Assembly: GCA_050115495.1 (NCBI GenBank)
Contig: JASFQK010000051.1
Coordinates: forward strand, 1-37,273
Direction of reading: 5' to 3'
Length of the DNA stretch: 37,273 nucleotides
Source: Phycisphaerae bacterium
GTDB lineage: Bacteria > Planctomycetota > Phycisphaerae > UBA1845 > Fen-1342
Shown here: piece by piece, positions 35,549 to 37,273 of the stretch
Numbering within the stretch: position 1 is the stretch's first letter
Layout of the letters: every line of letters begins with the position of its first letter
The notes under the pieces: model-generated
What the model saw: only the letters and a program-made list of their open reading frames with translations
Told to the model about the DNA's origin: nothing
Database searches by the model: none
Position numbers and translations under genes: made by a program

Positions 35549-36689
35549 AGGCTGGCCCCCCCTCGAAGACATTCTTCTGCCACAGCTCGCCCAGCGAGTA
35601 CTGCTCGAGCCATTCGCTCAATTGCGCCTTGTCCAACCGCCGGAACTGCGACGCGCCGTCCTTCCGGTCCACGACGATGACGTCTTCAGGCTCGAAGCAG
35701 TCGAGCAGCGCCGCCGACTGTGTCGAGACAATGAGCTGTGTCTGTGTCTGTGTCCGTGTAGCCGCCTGCTTCATCAGCCCGGCGAGCACGTTGAGCGCGT
35801 ACGGATGCAGGCCCAGCTCGGGTTCATCGAACAACATCGTGGCGGGCGGATGCGGCTGAAGAAGCGCTGCTGCCATGCACATGAACCGCAACGTGCCGTC
35901 TGAGAGCTGGCTCGAGTGGAATGGGTAGTCGCTGCCCTTCTGCGTCCACTCCAACGAAACCACTTCGTCCTGTCCGTTCGGTTCCGGGCGGAGCTTGAAG
36001 TCGTCAAAGAACGGCGCCACAAGCCTAACCGCGTCCCGAATGAGCTCGTACGCGGCCTTCTCCTTCTTCAGGATTGCACCACTGCGTCCTTCGCGCAGCC
36101 TCAGCAGGAAGGCGGCCAGATTCCCAGCGTCTGCGTGCAATCGCTCATTATCGCGTACCGAACACTCACCCCGGACGGGAGCGGTGTCACTCGTATCGTG
36201 GAAGTGGTAGACGGTCCAGCTCGCCACCGACCGGTAAACGTAGTGCTCGATGCCCTTCTTCCCGAGAACGCCGGGCTCGTCCTTGTACTCCTTCAACGTC
36301 GCCTCAGCATGACCCTTCCCCAGAACGTCTTCCTTCTCGCCCAAACCGCCGCTGAACCCGGCTGCTTCTTCCGCGAAGAAGAGCTCGTTGCGAACCGTTC
36401 GTTTCAGCTTGATCCGATACCAGTTCGGCGGGAAATGCAGTTCACCGACAACCTCCCGCGTCACCTTCGGTCCGAGGAACAAGTGGGCGTCCGCCCTGCC
36501 ATGCTCGTACACATAGACTTGAAGGTTCTGGTCCACCATTTCCCGGAGCATCGTGAAGAAATCGACGAAGTTGCTCTTCCCGGCGCCGTTCGCCCCGATG
36601 AGCACGTTCAGCGAACGGAGCTCGAAATCCTCGAGCGCACGGATCGACTTGAACCCCTTGATCGTCAGCTTCTCAATGGCCCTGCTCAT
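35541..36689 (-). CDS. ABC/AAA_21-type ATPase
   Basis: IKGFKSI, Walker A GANGAGKS, signature LSDGT, Walker B/D-loop FDEPELGLHP, STQS. Confidence 0.9.
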   Translation of the reverse strand: MSRAIEKLTIKGFKSIRALEDFELRSLNVLIGANGAGKSNFVDFFTMLREMVDQNLQVYVYEHGRADAHLFLGPKVTREVVGELHFPPNWYRIKLKRTVRNELFFAEEAAGFSGGLGEKEDVLGKGHAEATLKEYKDEPGVLGKKGIEHYVYRSVASWTVYHFHDTSDTAPVRGECSVRDNERLHADAGNLAAFLLRLREGRSGAILKKEKAAYELIRDAVRLVAPFFDDFKLRPEPNGQDEVVSLEWTQKGSDYPFHSSQLSDGTLRFMCMAAALLQPHPPATMLFDEPELGLHPYALNVLAGLMKQAATRTQTQTQLIVSTQSAALLDCFEPEDVIVVDRKDGASQFRRLDKAQLSEWLEQYSLGELWQKNVFEGGPACE

Positions 36690-37136
36690 ATGGCTACCTA
36701 TACCTTCTGTAGCGCGCGTGCCACGGCACACCGCCCAATCGACCGAGGACTGACCGGCACGGGCCTCAGAATGCTGCCGTACCGAAAGTGCTCACGAAGC
36801 AGCGGTGGCGCTCACGCAGCAGCATAGCTATCGGCGGAGCCCCTGACAACCGCACCGCAGTGCGTCCAGTACTCCCGTGGAGCGAACGCCAATTGAACGC
36901 ACGCTCCCTGGCACGCGATGCAAGGGCTCTCTCGACTGAGCCGCAGACGGGCCAACAGACGGCCGGAGCTTCGACGGGCTCTGTCCGTCGCTTCGACCAC
37001 GCACCAACCCGGCGTCTTCTCGGCGCCACCGGTCACTTCGCGGCTGGCAAACGACCGTTTCTTAGTCAGACCCTCTGGGAAGCGCTCGTTTCATAGCGAG
37101 CGCGGCGGGGCAGTCGCGTGGCCCCACAGAGAATCC

Positions 37137-37149
37137 GGCGGGTACGGCC
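37137..37149 (+). repeat. REP-like palindrome truncated by the IS insertion
   Basis: GGCGGGTACGGCC|CAATGG, the same register as the left-end junction. Confidence 0.6.
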
Positions 37150-37273
37150 CAATGGTACTAACCTTGGTCTTGACAGAATAGAGTCCTCGCTGATCTAAGT
37201 TGGTTATTGAGCAAGACTTAGTCAGGAGGACTCGCCGATGTTCACGGATGAACACAGACGTATCGTATGGGAT
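37150..37273 (+). mobile_element. IS left end (IS4-family-like), truncated by the window edge
   Basis: Inverted identical copy of 1-95. Contains TTGACA (37170-37175) and an internal stem-loop 37181-37233. Confidence 0.75.
37238..37273 (+). CDS. 5' fragment of a probable transposase (MFTDEHRRIVWD...)
   Basis: AGGAGG (37224-37229) then ATG, open to the window end. Product inferred from context only. Confidence 0.55.
   Translation, partial: MFTDEHRRIVWD

Noticed and set aside
36700..37136. Short ORFs between the ATPase and the IS end
   Set aside because: No recognisable motifs or RBS, so the region is treated as intergenic.

Overview
High-GC bacterial window, probably from an anaerobic planctomycete (Phycisphaerae-like). 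That assignment is an inference from the CxxCGYDL zinc-ribbon proteins and the gene content. Both ends are the same IS end in inverted orientation (1-98 = reverse complement of 37147-37244), and each copy sits at the same position inside a REP-like palindrome. The most unusual region is 116-2900, which holds two tandem modules. Each module has a Cro/C1-type HTH gene, a divergent sigma70 promoter, a structured leader and a ~177-bp conserved RNA-like element. The only strongly variable part of that element is a 20-22-nt loop, which is complementary in two pieces to its own upstream leader. This resembles the antisense immunity RNAs of phages P1 (C4) and P4 (CI). Two related unknown proteins follow module 2. 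The rest of the window contains a Na+/solute symporter, a Gfo/Idh/MocA oxidoreductase, a GH38 alpha-mannosidase and a solitary PD-(D/E)XK-like nuclease. An ~11.7-kb minus-strand energy operon encodes an HdrC/D-like protein, EtfBA, a membrane HdrF/EMO-like protein, HdrA, MvhD, MvhG, MvhA, a maturation protease, a cNMP-domain protein and a receiver protein. After it come a LuxR-type regulator, a RecQ-family helicase, secreted hydrolases, an M2/M3 peptidase, and an ABC-type ATPase plus DUF4276-like gene pair.
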